DNA from: Octopus vulgaris
Taxonomy: Eukaryota
Reading direction: 5' to 3'
Assembly: GCA_951406725.2 (NCBI GenBank)
Contig: OX597818.1
Span: forward strand, 18,414,001 to 18,478,000
DNA: 64,000 nucleotides
The position numbers were made by a program, and so were the translations under genes. Numbering within the stretch: the stretch's first letter is position 1; every line of letters begins with the position of its first letter. Positions 28,496 through 41,299 of this stretch are shown here, in pieces. The notes below the pieces were generated by a model. That model ran no database searches, had not been told where the DNA came from, and saw only the letters and a list, made by a program, of their open reading frames with translations.

Positions 28496-29583
28496 TACAG
28501 TAGCAGCAGCAGCAGCAGTAGCAGCAGTTAGCAACAGAAACAACAGCATCAACATTCACGGTAGCAATAACAGTTGCTGCAACGTCAGCAGTTGCTGCAA
28601 CATTAGCAGATGCAGCGACAGAAGAATTTGAAGGTAGCTGCAATACAAGCAACGGCAGCGTACACAACTGCATCAGAAACAACAGCAGCAACAATTGCAG
28701 TACATAACTTCAGCAGTTACCGCAACACCACCACTACCACCACTACCAACACCCCTCTTCCACTACCACCACCATCACTCCACCCTCCACCACCACCACC
28801 ACCGCCACCACCACCACCACCACCACCACCATCACTCCACCCTCCACCATCCACCACCACCACCACCACCATCACTCCACCCTCCACCACCACCACCACA
28901 ACCGCCACCACCACCACCACCACCACCACCACCACCACCACCACCACCACCACCACCACCACCACCACCACCACCGCCGCCACCACCACCCGCCACCACC
29001 ACCACCACCACCACCACCACCACCACTCCACTCTCCACCACCAGCAACATCTGGGATAGCAGAAGTTGTTACAGTAACAACACCGAGGGAAATACGGGGG
29101 AAGAAGCCTCTAAAGCTATCACTATTCCTGCTAGATATAGTAGCCAAATACTCTCAACTCACACCCAATGGTGTTGAAGGAGGACAAACTGGATAAGAAA
29201 AGCCAAATGACGGGGTGTTTACGGCTTGAATGCTTTGAATGCTGTCAGATTTTATTTCGGCCTCTACATTACAATTAACAGCGAAAGCAACACAATAGCA
29301 GCAGTGACATTAATAAAATAAATAACTTCATCAGCAACATGGATAAGGGCAATGTGGTCTAAAAGGGAGCCGCTACATTGTCATACAACCTGCTAAAAAT
29401 TGTAGCTAGTTCCCCCTTATTTCGCAGACTAGTTTGTGTTTGAAATTATTGAAAGAAAAAGGAAAAAGAAATAAAGGCGAGAAGGTCACGGTAGAAACAT
29501 AGGTCAGCTCGACCGGTGTTGGTCTGGGACAAAAGAATAACGACAACAACAGCAACAACAACTGTTGCATTAATTAGTTACTG

Positions 29584-29616
<33 letters not shown>

Positions 29617-30354
29617 TGTCGCCGCGTCGTCGTCATCGTTGTCATCCTCCTCATCATTATCATCATTATCATCATCACCGCAACACTATCATCAACATCA
29701 TCGTCACCATCACCACCTCAACGACGAGGACGATGAGGAGACGACAATCACCACCACCACCACTACCGCCGCCGCCACCAGCACCAGCACCACCAGCACC
29801 ACCATCACCACCACCGTTATCATTATCATCCGCTGCAACTTTAATGTCATCTCCGTCTTCGACAACAGCAGCACGAGCAAACGGTTGGAAATCTCTAAGT
29901 GGACTCTCATTTTACTAGAAATAGCTGTCGTGTCGCCATTAGGTCCCATGCTCCCACCTTGGCACAGCACGCGCTAAATAACGCAGTACGGGATCCACTT
30001 ACAACAGAAAAAGAAGTGACAGTCACGGCTGGAATGTCTTAGATAATATATCTGCACAATGATGCTTACTGACCTAGGCTAACCATAAACAACGATCAAT
30101 AGAGGGTCCTTCTACGTGGTAGCACGAAATCCTATAAATGGCAGCCATATCGCCCCCAAATTACATCATAATGTCTTTAAAAAAAGAAGCTAGATGTTAG
30201 ATAATTTAGGCTCGGATTGTGCATTTGGCGGGATTGTCCTGGCGGGAACGCGTTTGATCATAGGACTGCTTGAACATGGTTGGCTAGCGGCTAAGTGTTA
30301 AGAATAGCAGTAATAACCAGGAAGACTCTACTACTACTACTACTACTACTGCTG

Positions 30355-30397
<43 letters not shown>

Positions 30398-30722
30398 GAC
30401 GACGACGACGACGACGACTACTACCACTATCACTACCACTACCACTACCACCAGCACCACCACCACCAGCACCAGCACCACCAGCACCACCAGCACCAGC
30501 ACCAGCACCACCAGCACCAGCACCACCACCACTACCACCACCACCAGCATCACCAGCACCACCATCACCACCAGCACCAGCACCAGCACCACCACCACCA
30601 CAACGACGACGACGACGACGACGGCGATGACCACGACCACGACGGCGACGACGACCACTACCACCACCGCCGCCGCCGCCGCCGCCGCCGCCGCTGCTGC
30701 TGCTATTGCTGCTTTCATCATC
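28430..30722. repeat. Compound trinucleotide field (CCA, CAG, CAT, CTA, CGA, GCC) interleaved with degenerate repeat tails
   Basis: Direct reading; source of the poly-P/H/T/G pseudo-ORFs. Confidence 0.9.
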
Positions 30723-31187
30723 ACTGCACAACAAACCATAACGTCAATAGCCATCTACAAGAATATTAGAGAAGTGGAGGGGGGGGGCAGGAGAGGAAAG
30801 AAAGTAAAACAGATGAGGAAAAAAGAAAATAAGACGGGCGAGAAGGGAGACAGAAAGGGAAAGAAAGAAAGAGAGAGGGACAGAGAGAGGGAGAAAGAGA
30901 AAGAAAGAGAAAGAAAGAGAGAGAGATGGGAGAAAGAGGGAGAATGAAAAAGAGAGAGAGAGGGAGATACGGACAGACAGAAAGAGAGAAAGAGGGATAG
31001 AAAGCGAGAAAAAAGATTGAGAAAGGAGGACAGACATAGGGGAGTAAGAGAGGAGAGAGAGAGAGGAGAGAGAGAGAAGAGAGAGGAGAACAATTAAAAC
31101 AGAAAAATGAACAGTAATAATTATAACAACAGCAACGTCAGGGAAAGTTCCAGGGGACATTTCGACCAATGTCCCATTAATAAACGC

Positions 31188-31201
31188 GTTGCTATGGTAA
31201 C
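31188..31201. promoter_or_regulatory. RFX X-box match in a unique island
   Basis: GTTGCTATGGTAAC; nearby GGGAAAGTTCC and three CCAAT. Confidence 0.45.
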
Positions 31202-31304
31202 GGTCGTCCAATACGTTGACTGCTTTACAGTCAAATTAACAATCCAATACGATTTTGTTAGAAATATGGTGATTTCTATCTTACGCACACGAACATACCC
31301 AAAT

Positions 31305-31352
<48 letters not shown>

Positions 31353-31749
31353 ACACACACACAGACACACACACATACACAGACATATTTACACACATGC
31401 ATATATACATACACAAATACATACAAACACGCACTCATACACACATACACGAACATCTAAGTATATCTATATGTCTGTTTATCTACAATCTATCAATGCA
31501 CACACACACACACACACTGACGCATTCATGTATGTAAGTATGTATTTCAATGTTTTTCGTCATTGCAATGTGGCCATGTCGGAGCAACAGCTTTCAAAGA
31601 TTTACATAATTGCATTACCCAATTGAGTTTGAAATTTACTTTTACCCATTATATTTATTCAACAGCTAGATTACAGGATATATAAGAAAAATACACTCAC
31701 ATGTGGGCTCAGATACACCTACTTGAACATCTGATACATACATTCATAC

Positions 31750-31801
<52 letters not shown>

Positions 31802-31806
31802 ACACC

Positions 31807-31849
<43 letters not shown>

Positions 31850-32010
31850 GGGGTTAACCACAGTAATAAGGTATCAATACATAGCAGAGTAAAATTAATA
31901 TTATATAGAAGGATACAGGACTAGTACTGTTTCATTCAAGAGAAATCTTCAGGAAGCTGAAGATTTCTCATATATATATATATAATAAATATATATATAT
32001 ATATATATAT

Positions 32011-32350
<340 letters not shown>

Positions 32351-32362
32351 CATATTATATGT

Positions 32363-32406
<44 letters not shown>

Positions 32407-32450
32407 GCAGAAACAAGGAAAATGCCACTTGTATTTGAGCGCTATACAAA

Positions 32451-32848
32451 TCTTTATATATAAAAGTGAAGTTGTGTGTCTGTCTCCTACGGTTTAGATT
32501 CCTAACTACTCCCACATTTTGCGGTGCAGTTTAACCAAAACCGGGTATCTTATAGTCGTGATTCATATCGAGCCCTTCTGGGTATAAGCACGCGTCTACG
32601 ATGAGTCTACGATTTAAAAAATAATTTACCATCATTTTTTCCATTTTAATGCATTTTTCCGCTATTGTATAAGGGAAGTAACTCTCTAAAAATGTCTATG
32701 ATGAGTCAACAATTAAAAAAAAAATTTACCATCATTTTTTTCCATTTTTAATGCATTTTTTTTGCTATTTTTTTGGTTATAACTCTCTAAAAATGCTTAT
32801 ATAGTTATTTCCCTTACAAACCCGAGCAACGCCGGGCGATACTGCTAG
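32451..32848 (+). mobile_element. 398-bp non-autonomous Helitron
   Basis: TC start, hairpin + CTAG end, A|T target, highly similar to 21314-21712. Confidence 0.92.
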
Positions 32849-32907
32849 TATTATTAAAAAAAAACTTTTCTTTTAATTTTTCCAAATTTAATTGTTTTCC
32901 ATACTTA

Positions 32908-32943
32908 CAGTTGAAAAAGTCTTAATGACTGAAACCGGTACTG
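32908..32943 (+). ncRNA. Minimal type I hammerhead-like motif, U3:A8 variant (family H2)
   Basis: CAG UUGAAAA AGUC-UUAAU-GACU GAAA CCGG UA CUG. Confidence 0.6.
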
Positions 32944-33026
32944 AAATGTTTTTTATAAAATTATTTTAGCATTTTCTATCTTGACTTTTTTTCATATATA
33001 TCAACTCGTGTGTTCCTTTTCAACAT

Positions 33027-33090
<64 letters not shown>

Positions 33091-33096
<6 letters not shown>

Positions 33097-34363
33097 CGTT
33101 CAGGAAGTAAATAGACGTCTTTAATTTTCAAAATCTTTTATTTATTACGCAAAGCGAACAATTGAAATGTAATCGATAGGTAGGACTACATACTTTAGTA
33201 TTTAGTTGAGATTCCCTTTGCAGTTTTTAATTCAGAAACTCTTTTTGGCATTGAACTGATGTGCTTTGTGATTGTCTGTTGTGGAATTTCTGCCCACTTT
33301 TCACGCAACAATCGAAACAATTCATCTTTAGATTTAGGTTTCTGTCGAGTTTTCGTATAGCTCTATCTATTATGCTCCAAAGATTTTCAATTGCGTTCAT
33401 GTCAGGACATTGGCTCGGCCAAGGTAGCTTTTTGGCCCCATTTTCAGTCAGCCATTGTTGATTCCTTTTCGCTGTGTGGCATGGAACCTCATTTTTCTTA
33501 GTCCTTGCTTATGTGTGGCATGGAACCTCATTTTTCTTAGTCCTTGCTTATGTATTTCGATGTATTTTTCAGAGTTTATGGTTCCAACACATTCGATAAG
33601 CTCAGAACTGGTGATATCTCCCCATACCATTACAGAGATACCGCCATGTTTCACAGTTGGTTGGAGTTGTTTCAAATCATATTCTTGATTGGGAAGCCTC
33701 CGGGCCCAAACACGTCCACTGACGTGTTTGAAAATAATGCAAATCTAGATTCATCTGAAAAAAATCACTCTATCCCCAAATGTACTGGATTTTTCTGACA
33801 TCTCCTAAGCCCATTTATTTCTTTCATGATATTAATTGGTTGAAGGAGAGGTTTTCTTCTAGTTTTCTTCTAGTTGTTCGTCCATAATACACAAGCTTAT
33901 GCTCATATGTAACACATGTTCTTGGACTAATTTCTTGCTGTTTTTCAATGTCAGAAGCCTTCGAATGAGGTTCGTTTTCCACAATTATCTTCAAACAGCG
34001 AAGCTTCTTTGCCGATGGTCCAGGTCGGCCGGGACGAGAATCTGTTGATTCTTTTCCTTGGCTTTTGAATTGCACAATAATTCTATTAACAGTAGCAAGA
34101 GGAATTCGAAGATTTCCGGTAATTTTTCTCTGGCTAAAACCAGCCTCAGATTGCCCAACAATATGACCTCTTTGAAAATCTGACAGCTCTGCTGAATTTT
34201 TTGTGCCTGGCATGGTTACTCTTCGCAAATGTTTAATAGAAAGGCATCTGGAATGAAAAATAATAATTACATTGTAAATTCTACACCGCTGAAAGCATAT
34301 TAAGACGCTTAGATCAGAAATTTTGAAAATTAAAGGTGCCTATTTATTTCCTGCATGTTTATA
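33091..34363 (-). mobile_element. Decayed Tc1-like transposon with ~44-bp TIRs
   Basis: TIRs cacagacgttcaggaagtaaatagac... / ...tatttatttcctgcatgtttata in TA context; ELSDFQRGHIVG, FSDESRF, TVKHGGISVMVWG, WPSQCPDMNAIE; 39-bp internal duplication near 33474-33551. Confidence 0.9.
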
Positions 34364-34400
34364 TATAAATAAATAAATAAATAAATAAATAATTAAATAA

Positions 34401-34430
<30 letters not shown>

Positions 34431-34439
<9 letters not shown>

Positions 34440-34553
34440 GTGAAGGAAGAAATGGAGCTGAACGAAGATTCTACATAATTCCTTTTATTAAGATAATAAA
34501 AGGAATTATGTAGAATCTTCGTTCAGCTCCATTTCTTCCTTCACTAAATATAT
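34431..34553. repeat. Perfect palindrome: 60-bp arms, 3-nt loop
   Basis: 34431-34490 is the exact reverse complement of 34494-34553. Confidence 0.97.
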
Positions 34554-34692
34554 TGAACTTCAATTATCCGCGCTAAGGCACGGTTGAGACACCCCAAGGT
34601 CGTAACTTCAACCGTGTCTTTTCTGTTGTGATTTTTGCTACCCGGGATCGGTTAAATTTTGAATAATCCTTAACAAGATAATTCATTTATCC

Positions 34693-34741
<49 letters not shown>

Positions 34742-35069
34742 GCATAAAGGAAAATTATGTAATGACCTGGTGTGCCAATAGAAAGCTTATGAAGTATTTT
34801 GCCGGGATTGATAAGCCCTCAATATTAGCTATATATATATATGTATATATATATATCAGCCCTCTACTGTAATATATACCTGCTATGACAGAACCATAAT
34901 ACAGAACCCTAATACAGCCACAGCTGTGAGATAGATGCCCCTGACAACGAGCTGTAACGCTTACTCAGCGTGCCTATTCATTTAGATCACAACTGATCGA
35001 AACCCTTCATATTCTATACTTCACTCTCCCTTTCTCTCTCTTTCTCATTCTCTCTCTCTCTATATATAC

Positions 35070-35101
<32 letters not shown>

Positions 35102-35449
35102 GTATGTGTTTGTGTGTCTGTGTTTGTTCCACGACCATCGCTTGACAACCGATGTTGGTGTGTTTACGTCCCCGTAACTTAGCAGTTCAGCAAAAGAGAC
35201 AGATATAATAAGTACTAGGCATACAAATAATATGTCCTGGGGTCAATTTGTTCAACTAAAAGCGATGCTCCAGCATGGCCGCAGTCAACTGACTGAACCA
35301 AATAAAGGAATATATATAATCATATACATTTACACACATACATGCATGCATACATACATACATACATACATACATACATACATACATACATACATACATA
35401 CATAATACATACATACATACATACATATATACATACATACATACATACA

Positions 35450-35560
<111 letters not shown>

Positions 35561-36648
35561 TAAGTAGAGAGAGATACGAATCTAGGTTGCAGAATTTTAA
35601 TTCTCTAAGTAAGATATTTAATCCTTGTGTGAATGTACAATCGCACAACGTATATTCGATGCTACGAATGTATATAATTGATTTTAAAACCGATGATAAC
35701 GAACTTACTACATAAAGTGTATAATATGGAGTACGGAATACTTACGACAAGTTACTTTGCGGGAAAACAATGTTTCAGCTATCGTTCACTTCGCCAGCTG
35801 CTGTTGAGCTAAAGACAGTAAATATTTTAGCCACTCAATATATCACCAGTGTAGACATTAATTGTTTCTATATAAATCGACTATGATCTTCCAAAGAATT
35901 GAAGCGATCACTTTATATTTCAATGAAAATAAATTGTCTGAGAAATGAAGATAAAAATGTCATCTTTTTGTTCTAATGTGGAAATTAGGAAATTTGGGAA
36001 AATTAATCGTTTACTTGTCCCGTGTATTGCATGTGGAATATAAGACATATTTCCAAGGCGTCCATGCATCATATATATAACACATTCCCACTTTTTTCGA
36101 GCACCAGAGTAACTTGGGACTTATGACAGAAAAACTGTATATTACTCAGAACTAGTACGGAGAGATAATAGTGTAACGCCGTAGTAGGGTGGTGAGAGGG
36201 GGTGTTACGCTAAGATAAGTAAAGCTCAGTTAGGAGGAATGAACAGGTAGAAGGAGGTGATACTTAAGAAGTTAGTAATTAGCAATGAGGAACCAAAAGC
36301 TAAGACTGAAAGACGACAGTATTGGACAATGAAGAAAAAACGATGGAAAATGTAGAAAAATGACAAAGTGTAATATGAAAAACTAAAAAATAAAAAAATA
36401 AAATGAAAAGATGACGAGAATTTAAGGTAGTGCGAAAGGTTTTAATATATTACATTAACAGTGGACAGTGAGGAGGCCTTTGGAAATTCTCGTTTGAAAA
36501 TCCCAGAAAGTTTTTTTGTTTTTTTTTTCTTAAAATTTTCAAAAGTTCATAAGTTTAAAGCTCTAACGGCTTTTTGAGAGGTAAATGTATAGATAGATAG
36601 AATGATGGATGGATGGATGGATAGATAGATAGATAGATAGATAGATAT

Positions 36649-36719
<71 letters not shown>

Positions 36720-37203
36720 CCTTGTTTTACTCAGAACATAATTAAACAAGGACAAAGTCTGAAAACAAGCATGGTCATTTAAGATAAACTTATGAAGATG
36801 CTTTGAGCGAGGAATTTGGTTAAATGAGTACTTGGAGCCATGTACAAGAGTATTAACTTGGGCAGTGAAATTTTAGTTCATATAAATAAATTATTTATTC
36901 ACTGCAAGTGTACTGCGACACAACAGATAGTAGCTAATAGGACGTGATGTTAAAGAAACAAAAGAGATGGGCCACAGTAAAACCACAGAAAACAAATATG
37001 GCGTATTTAACACAATTCATCTCAAGGGGAATCTTGATGGTTCGATAACTAATAGCGCGTTTAGCGTTACATTATGTAGTAGCTGCTCACACCATCATTG
37101 TTTTGTATATGAATTAACCGAGAATGAATAACGACCTTAAGAAGTCACGTTATATAATAACGAAAAAATAGAGAAATAGCTGCAGTCTCAGAAAGTTATT
37201 AAA

Positions 37204-37283
<80 letters not shown>

Positions 37284-37299
37284 GTGTGCGCGCGCATTT

Positions 37300-37560
37300 G
37301 TCTGGAACTGATAAGAAAAAGAATATAGCGTCATAGAGGTCAGCTACATTGTTGATGAGTATCTCTTCGAATCTCAAAGACAAAGAGGACAACTACGTGT
37401 TGCTACTACGAAACCTTCAACTTCCCAGCTCAGACTATGAATTCATTTTTATATTATGTTATGTAAGAAAATGCCTGAATGACACTATGGAAAAGTTAAA
37501 GTTTTCAGAAAAAGAAACGAGCCAGTTAACATACACAATGCAAATACAATCTGTAAGCTG
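37300..37560 (+). mobile_element. Possible decayed restriction-like endonuclease fragment of a non-LTR element
   Basis: IEVSYIVDEYL...KEDNYVLLLRNL...YEFIFI..VRKCL loosely fits the RLE C-terminal pattern. Confidence 0.3.
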
Positions 37561-37801
37561 AACAGTAAAAATATGCAAGACTTTTCTCAAATTCAACAAA
37601 TGATATTGATTTGGTTATTTACATTCCAACGTTGTAAATACTTATCTTTCTTAGAAGCTGGCGCCTTCGTTAGAGGGAGAATTCAAATAATTAAAGACAG
37701 AAGAATAAATATATAGGTAATAACAAAAGCTAGGGAGAGCTGTACAACAGATGGTCTTCAGAGAAAAAGACAAAGATAACGGTATTACATAATTTATTAA
37801 A

Positions 37802-37849
37802 GATTCCAAGCGTTTCAATTGCTAGTGGACCTATTTCATCAGTGTATTC
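37802..37849 (-). ncRNA. Degenerate hammerhead-like motif (family H4)
   Basis: CUGAUGA AAUAG-...-CAAUU GAAACGCU; stems imperfect. Confidence 0.35.
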
Positions 37850-37941
37850 ATTGGTTGGTATACATAAAGATTATGTAAATCTATGCAATAATTAATGAAT
37901 GAGGTTACCATCAGCTATCTCGTCAGATGAGAATATCATCA

Positions 37942-38675
37942 AGGCGTGGTCGTGTCGTAAGAAGTTTGGTTCTCAACCGCATGGTTCCGGGTTCAATTCC
38001 ACTTCGTGATACTTTGGTCAAGTGCTTTCTATTATAGCCTCGGGACGACCAAAGCCTAGTCAGTGGATTTCATAGACAGAAATTGAAAGAAACTTGTATA
38101 TAAATATATAGATATATAATTTTTTTTGCGTAATGAGATTAAAAAAAAGCCAAGGCTGATTAGATATTTGAACATTTATAGATAGAAGGTCTTAAAGCTG
38201 TTTTCAGGATATTTATTAATTATATCCCTTCATCGGAGACGGTGTGAGAGGATGGTTAAGTAATAGTTAATTCAGATAGGATACAGAATAGAGAGTGAGG
38301 TAGAGGTAAGAAAATAGATGTGAGATATGTAGGGATATTGAATTTGTAGATCCATTTTTTTAGGCAGAATGGTATATATGTAAGATTCCAATACCTTATG
38401 AGTAAAATCCAAGAGAGTTATATGTATAATACGTGTGCGTGTGTGGCTTTGTGTCTGCGACCCCCCCCCCCCGATACACACACACATACACGACAGCTTG
38501 ACAACCGGTGTTAGTGTGTTTACTTACCCGTAACCTGGTCGTTCGGTAAAAGAAACCGATCAGAAAATATAAGCGCTGAGGTCGATTCGTTCAACCATAC
38601 GTCTTCAAGGTGGTGCCACCACCAGCTTGGCCGCAGTCTAATGGCTGAAACAAGTAGAAGATTATAAGATTAAAG
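37942..38675 (+). mobile_element. Family B SINE split by a hammerhead-bearing insertion
   Basis: Head 37942-38100, tail 38440-38675. Confidence 0.7.
38189..38240 (-). ncRNA. Hammerhead-like motif (family H3)
   Basis: GUCU CCGAUGA A GGGAUAU-aauuaauaa-AUAUCCU GAAA ACAGCUU UA AGAC. Confidence 0.5.
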
Positions 38676-39007
38676 ATATTTCCCAGAGTTTATGTTGCAG
38701 AATATCAGAATTATGAATTAATACGCAAGTGAAACCCCAACGTGGAGATATTTCAGCAGATGAGTAATGAAGGCAAGGGGCGTATCCTATTAAATTAGTG
38801 CACACCTAAATAATTAGTTCTAGTTAATATTAAATCATCTATAGGAAAATTGAAATTCAATTAGATACAATAGTTAAGAAATGAGTGGTTTGTTTATGCA
38901 AGAATTTAGTCGTTTATCAATCGGGATTTCTTTAATCTCTATCTTCTACCGCTTTCAGTCTACGGAAAAATTGTTAAATTTGCCATGAGGGTACATCGAT
39001 TTATACA

Positions 39008-39039
<32 letters not shown>

Positions 39040-39290
39040 ATTATTAGGGCACTGGGATATATAACACACTACGTAAATGCCAAACTGAAAAATTAGGTCT
39101 CTTAAAACCAGATAGGTGAAAGCTGATTCGAAGACAACAGATCTAAGCCATCACTGGAACTGTAAATATCTGCAAAACTTTCCAAAATCTTATCATTTAA
39201 GTATATATGAACATATATTTGCAACTATTTGCATGAGAAACATACAGAACATACATACATGCACACATACATACATACATACATACATAC

Positions 39291-40440
39291 TTGATGATGA
39301 TTGCTTCATCTTGAGAGATGATAGCCGTCCCATCAACACACACACACCACACCCCATCACACAGCACAATCAATCTGTTGAGGAGCCCTTAGATGACTTT
39401 TCAGACCAGCTGCTGGCTGATAGGGTTTAAAACACAAGTGGCAAATATTATTCAAGTTTCTTCTATAACTTTGCCCTTTGGAATCTGATTCTGAAGGAAT
39501 GTTTTTGTGAACTAGCATATGTCTTTTAAGTCCTGATATTATCTTACAAGTTTTTTAACAGGACACAAATCATAAGAGTGGGTGGTGTCCAAGATCATTA
39601 TCTATCTGGGGATTCCGATTTTCATGTGATTTCATATGGTTCACGTATCCTGCTTTTGACAACAGAACACGATCACATATTATACATATCCAATGTTCAC
39701 TGTTGATTACAGTTCCAATTGTCACTTTGCGACAGGCCCTTTTAAGTTCAGAGTGCTGAATCATCTTTCCCTCCCAGGCTTTGCAACCAGTCCTAACAGC
39801 ACACTTTCACTTGTTCTGATCTAGAACATCATTTTCCCAATCACTTTTGTTCATATCTAGTTTTCCTTCACACATTCTTTATATCTTTTCCTCGGCTCAT
39901 GTTGTGGTTGGTTACTAGAGTTCATCATAAAAAAGACGCTTTAGCAGACGCTCGTCTTTCATTCTAATAACATGTGCAGTCCATCTCATTTGAGCCAAGA
40001 TAACATGTTGTTCAACTGAACTACAGCGTACCATGCGCAAAACATCTGTATCTGGTATGAAACATTCCCACTTGACTCCTAAGATACGTCTGTGGCACTT
40101 TTGATGAAATTTCTCCAGCATTTTTACATGGCGCTTGTAAGTAGACCATGTCTCACTTGAGTAAGGAAGTGCAGACAATACACACGTTTTATAGACACTG
40201 ATTTTTGTCCGCGAGGAAATACCTCTACCCACCCATACTCGCTTTTCGAGCTTTCCAAATGCAACACTTCTGTTCCCTATTCGATAGTATATCTCTGCAT
40301 CAACACTACCATCTCTTGACAGTGTGCTTTCTAGGTAAACAAAGGTGTCAACGACTTCTAACTTTGTTCCAATCACAAAAATGTTTTCTTTAGAATATGT
40401 TTGTCGTGGCAAGGGAATAAACATTACTTTGGTTTTCCCC
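39291..40440 (-). mobile_element. 5'-truncated RTE/BovB-like LINE with C-terminal C2H2 fingers
   Basis: KTKVM, VDTFVYL.S, AFGKL..RVW, LPYSSETW, RW.AHV.RM..ERL.K.LFY.EL, CIICDRVLLSKAGYVNHMKSH; (ATC)n tail. Confidence 0.88.
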
Positions 40441-40604
40441 AGACTATAAATACATTCATACATACATGCATACATACATACATACATACATACATACATA
40501 CATACATACATACATACATACATACATACATACATGCATACATACAAAGATACCCTGTTGATGTTGTTGAAATTAGAATGTGGGAGTATTGGATCTAGGA
40601 TTTT

Positions 40605-40668
<64 letters not shown>

Positions 40669-41215
40669 GCACTTTCTCTGTTGGCAAAAAATCTTGAAAT
40701 AAAACAGAATAATGACGTACATACATACATAGATAGATTCTTATATGCATACTTCTGGACTGTTCTTACAATAGCCGGAAGTGTAGCTTCTTTTGAAGTC
40801 ACGATCACCGCTATATTACACCACATTTCGAAGCTTATCATATTGCAATCTAAAATTAGGAGATAACTACACAATACCTAATAAACAAAAGAGACACTTC
40901 AATTCCTAACCCTCAAAATTCATCCTAAAATGTCAATTATTTTACATTTCTGTAGAATGTATTCATATATAATTGTATAACCACACACACACACACACAC
41001 ACACACATCCTTTATAAGTTAATTTATGTGATGTGAAACGCTTTTGAGTGCGTACACAGCAATGCATTAAAGGATTTACGAATATCCATCCTAATCTCTC
41101 ATATATATATATATGTGTGTGTGTATATGTGTGTGTGTGTTTGTGTCTGTGTGTGTAATCTCTCTCTCTTTCTCTCTCTCTCTCTCTTTATATATATATA
41201 TATGTATATACATAC

Positions 41216-41299
<84 letters not shown>

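Noticed and set aside
28323-30947. Poly-Pro/His/Thr/Gly ORFs
   Set aside because: Trinucleotide tracts are open in several frames on both strands, with no unique domain.
39915-40874. 319-aa ORF as a gene
   Set aside because: Chimera of a dispersed repeat, microsatellites and an RTE fragment.
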